Assembly (NCBI GenBank): GCA_964035545.1
Contig: OZ037765.1
Coordinates: 23,249,504-23,313,503, forward strand
DNA from: Bugula neritina
Taxonomy: Eukaryota > Animalia > Bryozoa
Direction: 5' to 3'
Length of the DNA: 64,000 nucleotides
Numbering within the stretch: position 1 is the stretch's first letter; every line of letters begins with the position of its first letter. The translations under genes were made by a program, and so were the position numbers. The notes under the pieces were generated by a model. It searched no databases, had not been told where the DNA came from, and saw only the letters and a program-made list of their open reading frames with translations. Shown here one piece after another: positions 27,301 to 40,681 of the stretch.

Positions 27301-30300
27301 AACAATAAATTTTAATGATATAATTAACAAAATATAAATGAATTTGAATTGGAATTAACTTTAAGAGGCACAGGTTAGTTTTGTTTTTCAGTATTTGTAT
27401 GATTTGAAGCTTTCCTTAAGTATTGTTTATCTATTTCAACTTAATAATAAATATTTGGTTTATTTAACATGTTTAGGAGTTTAACAAGTTTGAAATATCA
27501 GTGTGGTCCGTGCATGATAAAATTCATGGCTATGTGTTTACTTTATAATAGATTTCTCATAAAATTACAAATTCTTAAGACAGGCTCTCCAGTTATTGAT
27601 CAGATTGTCACAGGATAGAACCCTAATTTGTAGCTTAAAGTTTTACTTTTACTCATAACAGTAATTCACTGCAACTACTAATTCAAGTCAACTTTGAATA
27701 CAAGTTCAATCTTTGTTTATGTGATACATGCACTAATACTTGTCTTAACTTTGTCTATGGCAGTTATCATTTGTTGTCATTTTTATTATAAACTTTAATA
27801 TTTTTAGTAGACCTACAATGTCATTTCCTAGAGTCAAACTCACCCTAGCTAGCCACTAAAAGAAAGCAAGAGGTGATTAATCTAAAGTCTGCATATATGT
27901 TTGAATACTTTACAATGTCATAAATAATTTTTGTTTGTTTTGTTTTAAAAACCTATTATAATTGTATATATTAACCTACTTTTATAGTTTCTTACGGCAG
28001 TTGGAAAACGTAAAAATAAAGTTACGAAAACCAACACCAGTACAACTCATCTATAGTTAGTGGCGACGCTACATGAAGAGATTCTAATTATTGTATGATG
28101 ATTGGCTGTTTTATCCACCAATCATGATGCAGTATTAATTATAACTGTATCTAATGGTTAAGTAAATAAACATTCATGTTATTTCATGGCAGGAAATTGT
28201 CTACTTGAATGATTTTTATTCAGTATATCGAAAATTATTAGAATAATGAGATGATTATCTTTGAATAACTATGAATTGACATTTGTTTGTTTGTTTGTTT
28301 GTTTAAGAGTTGTTTATGACATGGTAACATTCTTTCCACTCCAACAATACTTATTTTCTTTTAGATTGCTAGTATTTGCATGGGGCAAACCCATCACTAT
28401 GATGTATGATGTGCAGTGCATGCATCTGTATATATGTAGTCTTTTTATCTCCTAATATTGTGTATAAATATAAACAGAATGGTTTAATTGGCCACATTCA
28501 TTACTAAAATTATATTAAAACTTTAGAGTAGAACAAATGTAAATTGTGATCGCTTTTATCATAATATGCTACTACCTAATAAACAATGCTATAATAAGAC
28601 AGTGAAACAACATGCCACAATTTAGTTATATTATTAGCTTTTTTAGGTACTGATATTTTTATGCTTGCAGTTACTAAATCTTTTTACTTATAATGGCCTA
28701 TTCAAAATTTATTGCTCAAGAGTAGATAATAAGTTGCAATCAAAAGAGTAATTTACCTGCTATTGAGATACTGATAAAAATAGATGCTATATTATGAGAC
28801 TACATTATATGAAACTAATACTGCTAACAGAATAATAAGTGTAAATAAATAGACACGCTTTCAAACTTTATAGTTGTAATGGTATTTTAAAACTTTAAAA
28901 AATACCTTCTACCAAATGATTGCTTTTATAATTTCTTCAAAGATAAAACTGCCAAATTTTGTTATTGTATCCTGATCCTTAGAGCATATAAATATTTAAT
29001 AATATTAAAATATAATATACATACTATTGGCATTGCTTTAATAATACTAATTATTTTTCTCTAATTACAATACTAGCGCTTCTACAGCAGCTTTGCAAAG
29101 GCTGATGCAATGATTTGGTGGGTATAATAGTTCTGTATGGCTTGGATTTCGTGGATAAAGCACTATATGCCAAATTTTGGTAGAACCTAGTCTTGTATGC
29201 TACAATGAAAACCTGTATTGAGTGGAGGGCAAGAGCACTGTACTTTCATGATTAGCATGCATCGAAATATTCACAGACCATTTATTCTATAAGCTATAAT
29301 AATGCTATCATCAATTTATTATCTAACTAATATAGTTTATATTGCTTTGAAAACGCAGAATAGTGAAAAGCTAAACAATAGAAAAAAACACTTTTCAGTG
29401 CAAGGTGATGCCCCATTAGCTAGGAAACATATCCAATTTAACAGCTTCATGCACACTCAGAGAGCTCACATGATGTTATGGTTTTGCTTCCATGGCTATA
29501 TTCAGACCAATCAAAAGCCACATTATAGTCTAAGTTTATGTTGCAATTATAAGCTATCAACTATCTTGAATGCTAGTAAACCTGTTCTAGGCTAGTGAAG
29601 ATGGTAACTGAATATAGCTAGATCAATTTGTATGTTTCGACATTTCGTTACAAAATACTTTCCTTTTTGTTTACTTAGCTTGTGTCTCACATATTCTTTT
29701 CAAACATTGCACTTGCTCAACTTTTTATTGTACAAAAAGCTTCATATAATAAGAGGAAATCAAACAGTGAACGCTGCAACTAGAACTAAATATTTGTAAT
29801 TTGCAAAATTCAAATTTAACTTCACGTATAATTTATATTATATTATATCTTATTTTATGGAGCACCTATTCCTGCTCTAACAAACAGCAGTTATATCCTT
29901 GAGCTGTGCTGATGCAAGATTACCGGTATGCACTAAAAAAACTATATTTCAATTTTTAAAAATAAGAGTGCTGCTGTTTTGGTCCTTCAAAACTTAGAAA
30001 TATGGCAAAACAACAATTAGGAATATAATATTATGATATACTTATAATTAACAATTATAATATACCAAAAAGTACAATATTATTACAGTGCCTATAATTA
30101 TGCTAATTCGTAAAAGTAGGCTGTAACAATAAATTTCGTTTCATAATGCGTAATGCTGCCTAATTATGACATGTTTGCATAATAATATTTGTATATAGAT
30201 CAATACATACCGATATTCTACTTTTTTGTAGCAACATGTCAAATCAAATGGAGAGGCAATCAATGATTAGGATAATATAACTAGCAACTGAAAAGATGGA

Positions 30301-30365
30301 ATACATTAAGCACTAGAAACCTGAGTTTAGTATTTCATACATGATTTGGTTGGTGAAATTACTAA

Positions 30366-30371
<6 letters not shown>

Positions 30372-30449
<78 letters not shown>

Positions 30450-30502
30450 ATATATATATATACCTCAATCTGTGGACAGCAGATATATATATATATATAT
30501 AT
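30372..30502. repeat. (TA)n microsatellite; others at 31427-31490, 43153-43238 and 48426-48586
   Basis: Directly visible. Confidence 0.95.
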
Positions 30503-30585
30503 AAATATATCTTTACGAGCTAGCAATTTGATTATAAATAGGTATACGAGAAACATTGTTATTTATTACTTTATTAGGTAAAGTA

Positions 30586-30634
30586 ATTACACTGATATTT
30601 TGGGTACCACTGTACCCATCTTCAGAGTAGCAAT
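30586..30634 (-). ncRNA. Hammerhead copy with core lesion (GAAA to AAAA at 30601)
   Basis: Reverse complement of 31328-31376 except at the catalytic G12. Confidence 0.65.
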
Positions 30635-31327
30635 GAATGAAATTCAAAAATTAATATGTTAGGTTAGACGTTATGCATGACACAAAGAATAGAGAGTGGC
30701 AGTTATTGTAAATTATTGAAACTTAGGGAGATAATCTTATTTTATATATTACGCAGGTCAAAAATTATACTGATTTTTTTGCATAAAAAATAAATTAGAG
30801 TTGACAAAAAAATAAAATAGATATCCAAATGTAAAAACAGCAAGAATTAGTGAAACTATGTGAGAGGATACATGAACACTGCCATGACATCAATTCCAAA
30901 ATTTATCAAAACATCTCTACCACTAATCATGGAAACATATCAATAGACAATGTAACAGTTTTAAATCATTAATTTAAAGGAATCCACCATCGAAAAGTAG
31001 CCGAAGCTCTCTACATTAAACAAATAAAACCGCAACTCAATAAACAAAATTACTCCATACCACTAAAACTATATCAATAGCTCCACACTACTCAACTCTC
31101 ACATAGTTTCACTAATTCTTGCTGTTTTTATATTTGGATATCTATTTTATTTTTTTGTCAACTCTAATTTATTTTTTATGCAAAAAAATCAGTATAATTT
31201 TTGACCTGCGTAATATATAAAATAAGATTATCTCCCTAAGTTTCAATAATTTACAATAACTGCCACTCTCTATTCTTTGTGTCATGCATAACGTCTAACG
31301 TAACATATTAATTTTTGAATTTCATTC

Positions 31328-31376
31328 ATTGCTACTCTGAAGATGGGTACAGTGGTACCCGAAATATCAGTGTAAT
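31328..31376 (+). ncRNA. Minimal type I hammerhead ribozyme in the Penelope pLTR
   Basis: Stem I attgctact/agtgtaat, core CUGAAGA (31337-43), stem II GGGUAC-agug-GUACCC, GAAA (31361-64), palindromic AUAU stem III, predicted cleavage after C31368. Confidence 0.8.
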
Positions 31377-31420
31377 TACTTTACCTAATAAAGTAATAAA
31401 TAACAATGTTTCTCGTATAC

Positions 31421-31497
<77 letters not shown>

Positions 31498-32480
31498 TAT
31501 ATATTGTCTATCAATAATTTTATGGGTGTTTCGATTGCTACTCAAACTTTAATTTTGCATCTTGTTATTCTCCGTAAAACTGATGCCATGCACCTATAAG
31601 CTCATTTTATACCATTAGGAAAGTAATACTTATATATTTTTTAATTTTACATAACAAGTAGCTGTTGTTATCTTATAATTGTTAAATCTATATGTTTGGT
31701 TGCACATGCAATGTTTTTATGTGAAATAGTGAATTCAGCATTAAACACAGGCTTTCAAACATTATAAAAGTGCTTAAAAAATGAATTATATATTTTACTA
31801 GAGCAAAATACTGACTATTTTTGACAATAAAATATAGCTTGAAATGCAAACATAACAGAACTATAACTTATATAATTAATTTGGCAACATAATGCTGAAT
31901 GAGTATCTGCACTGTTACAAGTAAACTATATTGGCTAACTTTGCTATGTAAGTTACAATAAATATTAAAGCATATTAAGTACACCAGAAGTTGAAAGAAT
32001 GTTGCAGTAATGATGGCTAGTTCATGTTATGTAATCAGAGAACAGCTGTCTTTAAGATTTTACATAAAACATTTGAATGGATAATAAAAATGATACTTTG
32101 ATAATGGTAGAAATGCTTATCAAAATAATAACTTATAAAATCAAAGATACTAAAAGCAGTGAATCTGTTCCAACAGGTCCATACTCTCGGAATCTGTTTC
32201 TGAGTATTTCTATAATCATTTGGCAGTATGTTATAATATTGAAGGATTGCAGATAGTATGTTTAGAAAAGAGTTATATTAAATAATATTATAATTATAGA
32301 CACTATGATTCCTAATAACTTTGTCACTGATTTTACGCCACTCAGTTTATATCCTATACCACATTTATTATTTACTTGCAATAACAACATAATGAATCAT
32401 GCAGGAAGCAGTAGAATAATTGTTTATTTTTGAAAAAATATCTGCACCTGCATTCATCGATGACAGATATGTTTGAATTT

Positions 32481-32506
32481 GATTGGCTGAAAGAAATGTT
32501 ATAAAA
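32481..32506 (+). promoter_or_regulatory. Inverted CCAAT box plus TATA box of FReD copy 1
   Basis: gATTGGctg...TATAAAA about 90 bp before the ATG. The same arrangement is conserved in the paralog at 51147-51170. Confidence 0.65.
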
Positions 32507-32592
32507 GCTGAAAATTTTTCAATATACCACACTTGGATCTGTAGTGTAGAGCTATATATTAGCACTTTACTGAAACATAAACCTCTGGAAAG

Positions 32593-34687
32593 ATGCAAGC
32601 ATATCTTATAGTTACATTTTTGTTAGCAACTTCTCTTCAAGCAGTGAGTAAGACAAAACTATTTTAAAAACATTATTCAATTTGCTTATATATATTTAAT
32701 GTGGGAATTATTAAATTGACATATTAAATAAATTCTTATATAAATTAACCAAATAAATATTTTGATTAATATCCTTTAGTATATGCTATAATATAGGCAA
32801 TTAAGTTTATATATTAGTTCACCAAACAGAAGAAAATCAATAAATATAAATATCAATAATTTATTGTTTAAGCTAATAATTTAATAATTTTTATTATATA
32901 ATTTGATGTTTCAGCTTTTAAAAATTACCCACATATTATTTTTCAGTAAAGTTATAGATATAAGAATACAATAAATATGTACTGCATGGTATGATAAATT
33001 CAGATGCTCATTACAAATATTTATAAGCGACACTTTTTAAGATTATAAAGTGTCGCCTTGCCATAGCCAGGCTTTATATTAACACATGGTTGAGTAAAAC
33101 ATTAACTTTCAACCCCCCTAGAATAATTAAATATGAATGTTGTTTAAAGATTATTTTTCTCTGCTGCTGTAACATTGTAGCTAGCACATTGTGTTTGTAG
33201 CTGTGTGGTGATGTGGAAGAGTATTGTCTAGAAAGGATAAAGACAAAACCCTCTTGTAAACCCAAAACATGCTTGGATCTGCTGTGTCTTGGTTATAATG
33301 GTACTAGTGGTGTTTACAAGATCTACCCTACAGGACAGGATCACTACTCATTTGATGTCTTCTGTGACCAGAAAACTGATGGAGGTGGATGGACTGTGAG
33401 TATCATTGTACTGATTGTAATCAACTTCCATGTATTAGAGTTGTTTATATAAACAATGATATATGCTGGATTGTAGCATGCACCTTATTTTTTATTACAT
33501 TGGTAGTAGTATATTTATCTTTTTATATTTGATTTACTGAAAATATTTTCTTGCTCACATTTTCCAAAGAGTTATGCTTATATAAGAAGTAACTTAAAAC
33601 CTAAATATAACAACATAAAAGAAATTCTTCTCTTTAAATGGTTTGATTAATTATCTGCAGTTGCCAAAAAGTAATTCCCTTTAAATGCATATGCTAGGTA
33701 TTTCAAAGAAGAATGGATGGTTCAGTTGATTTCTACAGAAACTGGTACAACTACAAACTAGGATTTGGTAATCTGAATGGAGAGTTCTGGCTTGGAAATG
33801 ACAAGCTGGTAGCTGCTCTACAAGTCAATACCAACAATGAGTTGAGGTTTGACCTTGAAAGAACTACTAATGAACAAGCCTATGCTAAATATAGCAGCTT
33901 CAATGTTGGTGATGAATCTACTAAATACACACTCTCAGTGTCTGGCTATACTGGGACCGCAGACTCTGTAAGTTTCTGTTGAAAGTAAAAACTATCAATA
34001 AATGTCACCAAAACTACCTAATGCTGATGTTTGTCATTTCCGAAATTTGATTATGATTTTAGCAATGAATGCTGGGTACTAGTGCTGTGAATAATTAAAA
34101 TCGTTAACTTTTGGTTTAAAAAGCTTTTGTTGCAATTAATGCACTGCTTTACAGCAACAAATTAAATGCAGCACGTCAGTTCATGTTGTGTTCACACGTG
34201 AATCTTACTATAAAGGAAATTATGGTATCGGTTGCTAATAAAAAGTATAAAAATAATTATTGGGCTAGTGAATGGTTTACATTCTAAATTCTTACATTGC
34301 ATGGCTTATAAATACAGATTAGCACAATAATATTTAATTGCTATCAACCCTGAAAACACATGACTTGAATGGGCTCTTGTGCCATGCATTTAGTTTATGA
34401 AACTAGTTTATGTTAAAATACTATGTTGAATTTTAGGAGACAGCTTTAAAAATCACAACCGGTACAATTTTTCAACATCTGATCATGACAATGATGTTCA
34501 CAGAACTGCCTGCGCAGTTAAATTTCTTGGTGCTTAGTGGTATGCTGCTTGCCATCATTCTAATTCAAATGGCAAGTACTTGAATGGTGTTCACGCCTCC
34601 TTTGCTAATGGTGTAAACTGAAAAGCCTGGAAAAGATATTATGATTCTCTGAAGACAACAGAAAGGAAATTCAGAGCATGTTTGTAA
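32593..34687 (+). pseudogene. Secreted fibrinogen-related (FReD, ficolin/tenascin-like) pseudogene. Exons 32593-32643, 33201-33395, 33698-33967, 34437-34687
   Basis: Signal peptide MQAYLIVTFLLATSLQA; SGVYKIYP, VFCDQKTDGGGWT, VFQRRMDGSVDFYR, GFGNLNGEFWLG. The last exon has two in-frame stops at Trp codons (GA*W, VN*K), and the exon-3 donor is shifted out of phase. Confidence 0.85.
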
Positions 34688-35679
34688 AGCTATATGTTTT
34701 TTATAAGTGGAAACTGTTCAACTTTGTAAATACATATAAGTAATCTTTTTGTTATATTTTCTTAACCAGCAATAAATTACATTTTCTTGCTGAATTCAAA
34801 CACCAAAATATTGTGTTATAGCTTTAAGTGAAGCTTCTACAATATTATAGACATGAAAGTCACCAAGCATGCAATTATTACATTATCTAAATATGTCTAA
34901 GAAAGGTTTCTAGACCATATGTATAATTTCAAAATCTTTTAGATTTTGCTTCTAAAAAACTTGACAAAAGTAAGATTACCTACAGTGCAAATCTTAAATT
35001 TATCTATATATTATATATTATAGATGATCATGTGCCAGTTTTTTAAACTTTGTATATTTTATTTGATAGGATAGTTTGAACTGAAAAACTCACAAAGTAG
35101 ACATTTCAGTTATTTCAAATTGTCTTTATAGTAACTCATATGATCATACTCTGTAATTATTCATTGATTTATAAGTTTATCTATTATATAATGACCAGTA
35201 TTGACTAAATAAATGAACCCGAAAATAAAAAAGCAAAATGATTAAACATTTCCTTTAAGAGAAATTTTAAACAACCAGAGCAGGTTACATGAACTTCAAT
35301 AAAGTAAGCACTGCAAAGTATTTACATGCTTTGGTCTAGAACCAGTTAAATGCTGAAATACAAAAAAGCGACAAAGAAAAGTTCATTAAAATGGCTCCAG
35401 AAGATGTGGTATGAGCATCTGTTGACTGAGCAAACCATTTACACATAAAATAATACTAGTGTTGTTATGGCTTGGTTCATGTAGAAGATCTATAATAATA
35501 ATTAAAGAAACATAAAAGAGAGTGATTAAATTGAATATGAAATTAGAAGACAAGCATGAAAGAGCAGAACAAGTAACTACAATAGCGATTATATAAGAGT
35601 CTGAGATGTAATATAACAGAATCTAAATTTGAATAATTAACAGCTCATTTGAGATTTCCGAGTAAATATATTTATATTG

Positions 35680-38487
35680 AACTCTAACCTCATTTATTGT
35701 CTTGAACACAGCAACAGAAAATTTCATGATTCGATTTTTTCAATTCAGGTGTGTGGCTGGTTCTTGAACTGATTCAAACTCTACAAAATACATATAACAT
35801 TTCTTTTGGTGCAATATGTCTATTCATCTCTATTGGTTATATTTTATTGGCTGCTTCACAATGCTATAGTAGATAACAGTGAGTTTCTTTCAAATTTTGA
35901 CAGCCTGATTATCACTAATCTTTTTATAACTCACTCCTGTTTTTTGGAAACCAGCTTTTTAATGTTTTAAAAAATTTTCCCGTTTATATGAAAATTTAAA
36001 ACACTAGATGTGTGGTTTCTAGAGATGGGCTCTGTTTTATCTGTTGTTTGCTTTTCAACATATATAACACTAGCCACTAATAATAATACACATTTGGTTG
36101 ACATAAGAATACTTGCCATTTTGGACTCCATTAGAAACTTTATCAGAAGTTGGGAGTTGTGTCTCCTTTACTGATGAGCCGACAATGTTTGGAGAAGGAG
36201 GGTTGAGAAAGTCTCCACCAGCTACTAAAGTTTCTGTTACAAAATATATCAAATGTGTTGCAGCTTAAAGCTGTTAGTTTAAGACTAATAGACTTGTTAC
36301 CAGTTGGCTAATTGATCGTTTGTATAATGGGAAAGCAATTTGTCTTTCTAATAAAGATTTGCAATAATAGTACAGCCAATTAGTAGTGCCAATTTTTGAA
36401 TAAAATATTTGATGGCTTAATAAAAGTTACACATGAATCAAAAGATTTAATCAACGCAATATTTTAGATGTTGTCTGAACAATTGCAAGCTTTCAGAATC
36501 ACAGACACTATAATGTTGTCATTTATATAACTGTAGAATTATTCAAGCAATAAATCATTTAGGATTTAACAATTTGATATTTGACTAAGTGACCAAGTAT
36601 ATTGAAAAGTAAAAGTTTTGCAAAATGTTTACTAAAAACAGCCAAATTTGTTGCCATCTCTATCAAAATGTAAACGAATCAATTAATAACTAAAAATGCG
36701 TAGTTGAAGAAAATCATGGATGTTTAATAGCTTCCATTTTTTTATAATAAAAAGTATTGACATATTATCTTACCATGTGATATTTGAGGTTTAGTGGCAG
36801 CTCTTTGATTGGCCTCTTCACTGATTTGTTCAACAGCCTTTTTGATAATATCATCAGCTTCTGTCTTTTTGACTTCCAACTTCTTGGTGTCCCATTTTAG
36901 AGAAGCTATATATGTCATTCTTCAACTCATCTATTGAAGTAACAGTAATCTAATTTGAAATAAAAAGCTTGTTATTGCAATAAAAAACCAATGTGTTAAT
37001 CTTACTTTGCAAAATGTATATAATGTTCAACAAAAGAAATGGATACTGTACCATCACAATTAGTGACTTCTTCATTCATAAGATCTTTCGAGAACAGTGG
37101 CGAGGATTTCAATTCCAGGTCATCCACTGAAGTGAGTGTCTTTTGCAATTGCTTCCCCACTGGTCTGAGTGCAGTATTTTGTTGTAAAAATGTGTTCACT
37201 TTATTTTGAGAAGATATTGTCTTCTTTCCTTGCTTAAACTTTTCATTTGGCTTCCAGATTGGTTTGTGGTGTACTTGCTTTTCTTATAGAGCTCAGTATC
37301 AGTGTTTGCTGTAACACATGGCAATGTAAATGGCTCAATTTGGGGGCTTTTGTTGAAGATAGTATAAAATGACATCATAAACTTACAGTTTAGAGAATCT
37401 ATTAAACCAAAGAATGAGGATAAGGTGACTGTAGACAAAAAATGTAATAAGCTGAAACAGAATTATTGAGTAATTTTTTTAACCTACGAATAATAACTTC
37501 TGGACAAAGGTGAAGCTTGTGAGTTTTAGGGCAAGCTCCAGTACCTTCGAACTTTTTCAAGAAGTCCTCCAATTTGATTGGCTCTGTAACTGGAGAATTG
37601 GAAAGAAAAGCTGTTCTTCTTGGTTGACTTCTGTAATTCTCTGGTATCAGTTGGTCTGTGGCCAATGGGAGAGGAGAAGCTGTCATGTAGGAAGCAGACT
37701 TCCCGTGCCAGCAGGCACCGACACAACACTCATTCCATGTCCAGCTTTTAGTTTTGGCATTTCTGTTACATATTTTTGTATTGGCTCGAGTGGTCTATAC
37801 AGGAACCTAATTCTCCATACACGTGATTTTTACTGGGTTTGACAATAGCTTGTAAATTGTTTGGTATATTATCAAATGAATGTAAAGGGGTATAAATTGA
37901 AAGAACCTTTGCCTTCTTTAAACCCTTCTCCTCTTTATTTTTGCTGTTATCAAACAGTCAATAAACACATACTAGTATTTAAGAAATATTGATGTTGCAT
38001 TAAGCTGTACTATAATATTATAACACTCAATATGTAGATTGATGTCTTAAACATATAATTAAGAGCGCTTTCGGATACATGAACTACCAACAACTCAATA
38101 TTTTTGGATTCACAGGAAACTTGTCTGTATAAAACTTCTTCTTACCTCTAAATCCTACCTTGACTGCTCACAGCTCTATTTTTCAACCAGAAACACTCTT
38201 TGAAGTACAACACAACTATAGAAAATCCCTTCCCATTTGCTGTAACAAATAGTGATCGTATAACTTGAAGAAAATATGTTCCTAAACTAATTGCAGCAAA
38301 ATTTTAAAAAATTAAAGCAAAAACATCATAAGAATAAAAGTGTCAAAATGATGATAACAACAGAGAATTGCAGTAAATATTATTAGCATTATACTTATTG
38401 AATAACTATTACTTACTGATACAACTTTGCTGCCACAAGAATGGATGCCAGCAGGATAATTAGAGAAACCAGTATAAGCGAGAACAT
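35680..38487 (-). pseudogene. Unidentified multi-exon gene relic with an N-terminal hydrophobic segment
   Basis: ATG exon 38487-38417 MFSLILVSLIILLASILVAAKLY followed by GTAAGT. Further exon-like blocks at ~37920-37050, 36900-36773, 36232-36110 and 35780-35690 contain stops or frameshifts. No family recognised. Confidence 0.35.
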
Positions 38488-39107
38488 ATTGAAATTTATA
38501 TAGTTAACAGTTGCAAAGGAGATTTACATTTTGTAACACCAATAATTAAACTGTCATTCTGTAAACTCTGTAAACATCAAATTAAGGTATCTTTGTGTTA
38601 TTTATTACGTCATCCTTTATTATTGAACATTTTTTGAATAATTTGTTCTGCTTATTTAATAATTTAATTAGATAACAATAATACAAGCATACATTGTTTA
38701 GATTTGAATGCAGTTCGAATTTGTGTTATATTACTGATTTTTTTAAATGCTCCCTCCTCATGCACTTGAAAGGCAAAACTTTTGTAGCTAAATTATTATC
38801 GTGCATTTTTATATAATAAAATTAGGTTTGCAAAAACTATTTCCTCAATACTTTACCAATGTTATTATTAAGCTCATTGCCTTCTTTTAGTTGACACCCC
38901 ATGATCTTTTCGATGTAACTAGTTTATTTGATGTTCCGGAATGCTACAGGAAGTTTCACTGTAGCTGAATAGTTTGAACGATAGGCATGCTCTGTATACA
39001 TGCAGTAGTGCTCGTTTACTTCCTATACAGATAATGTTTGAATGTAAGTCGGTATACTCTAATTAACTTGTATTATAATATTATTAGTTGTCTTTGAAGG
39101 AATGGTA

Positions 39108-39213
39108 GGTGTTTCAAATAGGAACAGATGACTTAGTTAGTTTCTACAAAAAGTGGGACAACTACAAACAAGGATTTGGTAATCTGAGTGAAGAGTTCTG
39201 GCTTGGAAATGAC
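39108..39213 (+). pseudogene. Isolated FReD exon-3 fragment
   Basis: VFQ..(fs)..[26 protein letters not shown], then a stop. Confidence 0.8.
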
Positions 39214-40681
39214 TTATAGGTGGGTAAGCAACTTCAACTTGATGTAGGTTATACACTTTTAAACTTTGTCAATGAAAAATAAAATGCTCAAATAAAAATT
39301 TGGGTAATTAAATTAGTTTGACTAATGGAAGTTAAAAAAGCTATCAATTTATAAAATATAAATTATATTAAACCTGGCAAAAATACCAAAAAATAGCAGA
39401 AACGTGCATATTGATAGGTTATTTATTACTTATCATTTTTAAACATAAAAATATATTTAAGTATAATATTTGAGGAAAGAATATTACTTCTTCATACCTC
39501 AATGTGAAATATTGCAAAAAGATTTTGTGGGCTGGCCATCTATTTCAAAAAACAGCCTGCAGTGACACTAGCAAAATTACTTGCTAAAACATTTGAGTTA
39601 ATTTTTTCAAAATCTCAGCTTGCAGTAATATGCTTATTATATAACCAAATATTTGAGCAGTAGGTTTGCAAATGTTATTTTTATAAATGCTGGCAATTAA
39701 TTAATATAATGATGTCAATAGCTAAAAACTGTGTATATGCTGAAAGCTATTATTAAAGTGCATTATATAACCAATTTGGAGTATTGGTCTTTTTTCTACA
39801 CTGTGGCTGACAAAATGGAAGAAAAATAGTAGGCAGTGTTGTTATAAGAATTGAAAACACGATTTTAATTATTATCTGAATGTTTTTAGAAAAAGTAAGT
39901 AGGCTAATGTTTCATCAAAACAATAATTATCTGTTGAAGTTAGAATAAACCTACTCTTGCTCATCACTGTTATCTAGTTCTTTTTATTATAGAACTAACA
40001 TGGAGCCTATATACTACATATTAGCACACTAATATGTAGTATAGGCTCCATGTGTAGCAGTAAAACACTGTTGATACACCTAAAGCTATTATTGAAAAAT
40101 TGCCAATTACAAAAAACTTATACTGGAGTAAGACATAAAGTATTTCTTGATGCAATACTTATGCATATATTCTTTGGCATTTGGTTATAAATTTGCACAC
40201 CTCAAAAATCTTGAAGTCATATTATGCGTGTGTAAAAGTGTAATCATATAAATTAGAAGAATTACAATAGTTAGCAAGATTTTGCACAAACTTCTCAAAA
40301 AATTTTGATAAACTTTTAATAGATTCTTTCACACCAACAATTGTTTACAATATGTTTTTCTGATGTACACTATGGTAGTTTATGAGTTTTTAGTCTTGTC
40401 AAAATCTTCATATTTTGAAAACTTGCAGGTGATTTAGAGACCTATACATTCTTAGACATTTTATATTATGTATAAGCATAATAGATTATTTAACAGACTG
40501 CAGGTTTGCTAGGCTTCATGCATTATATTATAGAACTGCTTCACTCAAATGTGTAACATAGGAACAAATCTTTGGTGTTTGAATTTTGCAAAATATGCTA
40601 TTTATAATTGCCAAAGAAAGCATAACAGTAATAGTTATGTGTACTAAGATAAACGGTTTCTATTCATTTAAACATTCAATT

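Larger units (their letters stand above)
30503..31427 (+). mobile_element. 5'-truncated Penelope-like element with inverted pseudo-LTR (fold-back)
   Basis: 30535-30865 is the reverse complement of 31098-31427. The centre encodes a GIY-YIG C-terminus (RIHEHCHD...HRKVAEALYIKQIKPQLNKQNYSIPLKLYQ-stop at 31080). (TA)n on both sides. Confidence 0.88.

Noticed and set aside
30341-31599. ORFs with (YI)n, and similar ORFs at 48365-48633, 20851-21102, 18148-18339 and 10414-10692
   Set aside because: Translations of microsatellite or low-complexity sequence.
34437-34687. FReD stops fall at Trp codons (TAG, TGA), suggesting rescue by A-to-I editing or readthrough
   Set aside because: Trp codons mutate to stops easily. 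The same copies also have a shifted donor, a non-Trp stop and a frameshift, so ordinary decay explains them.
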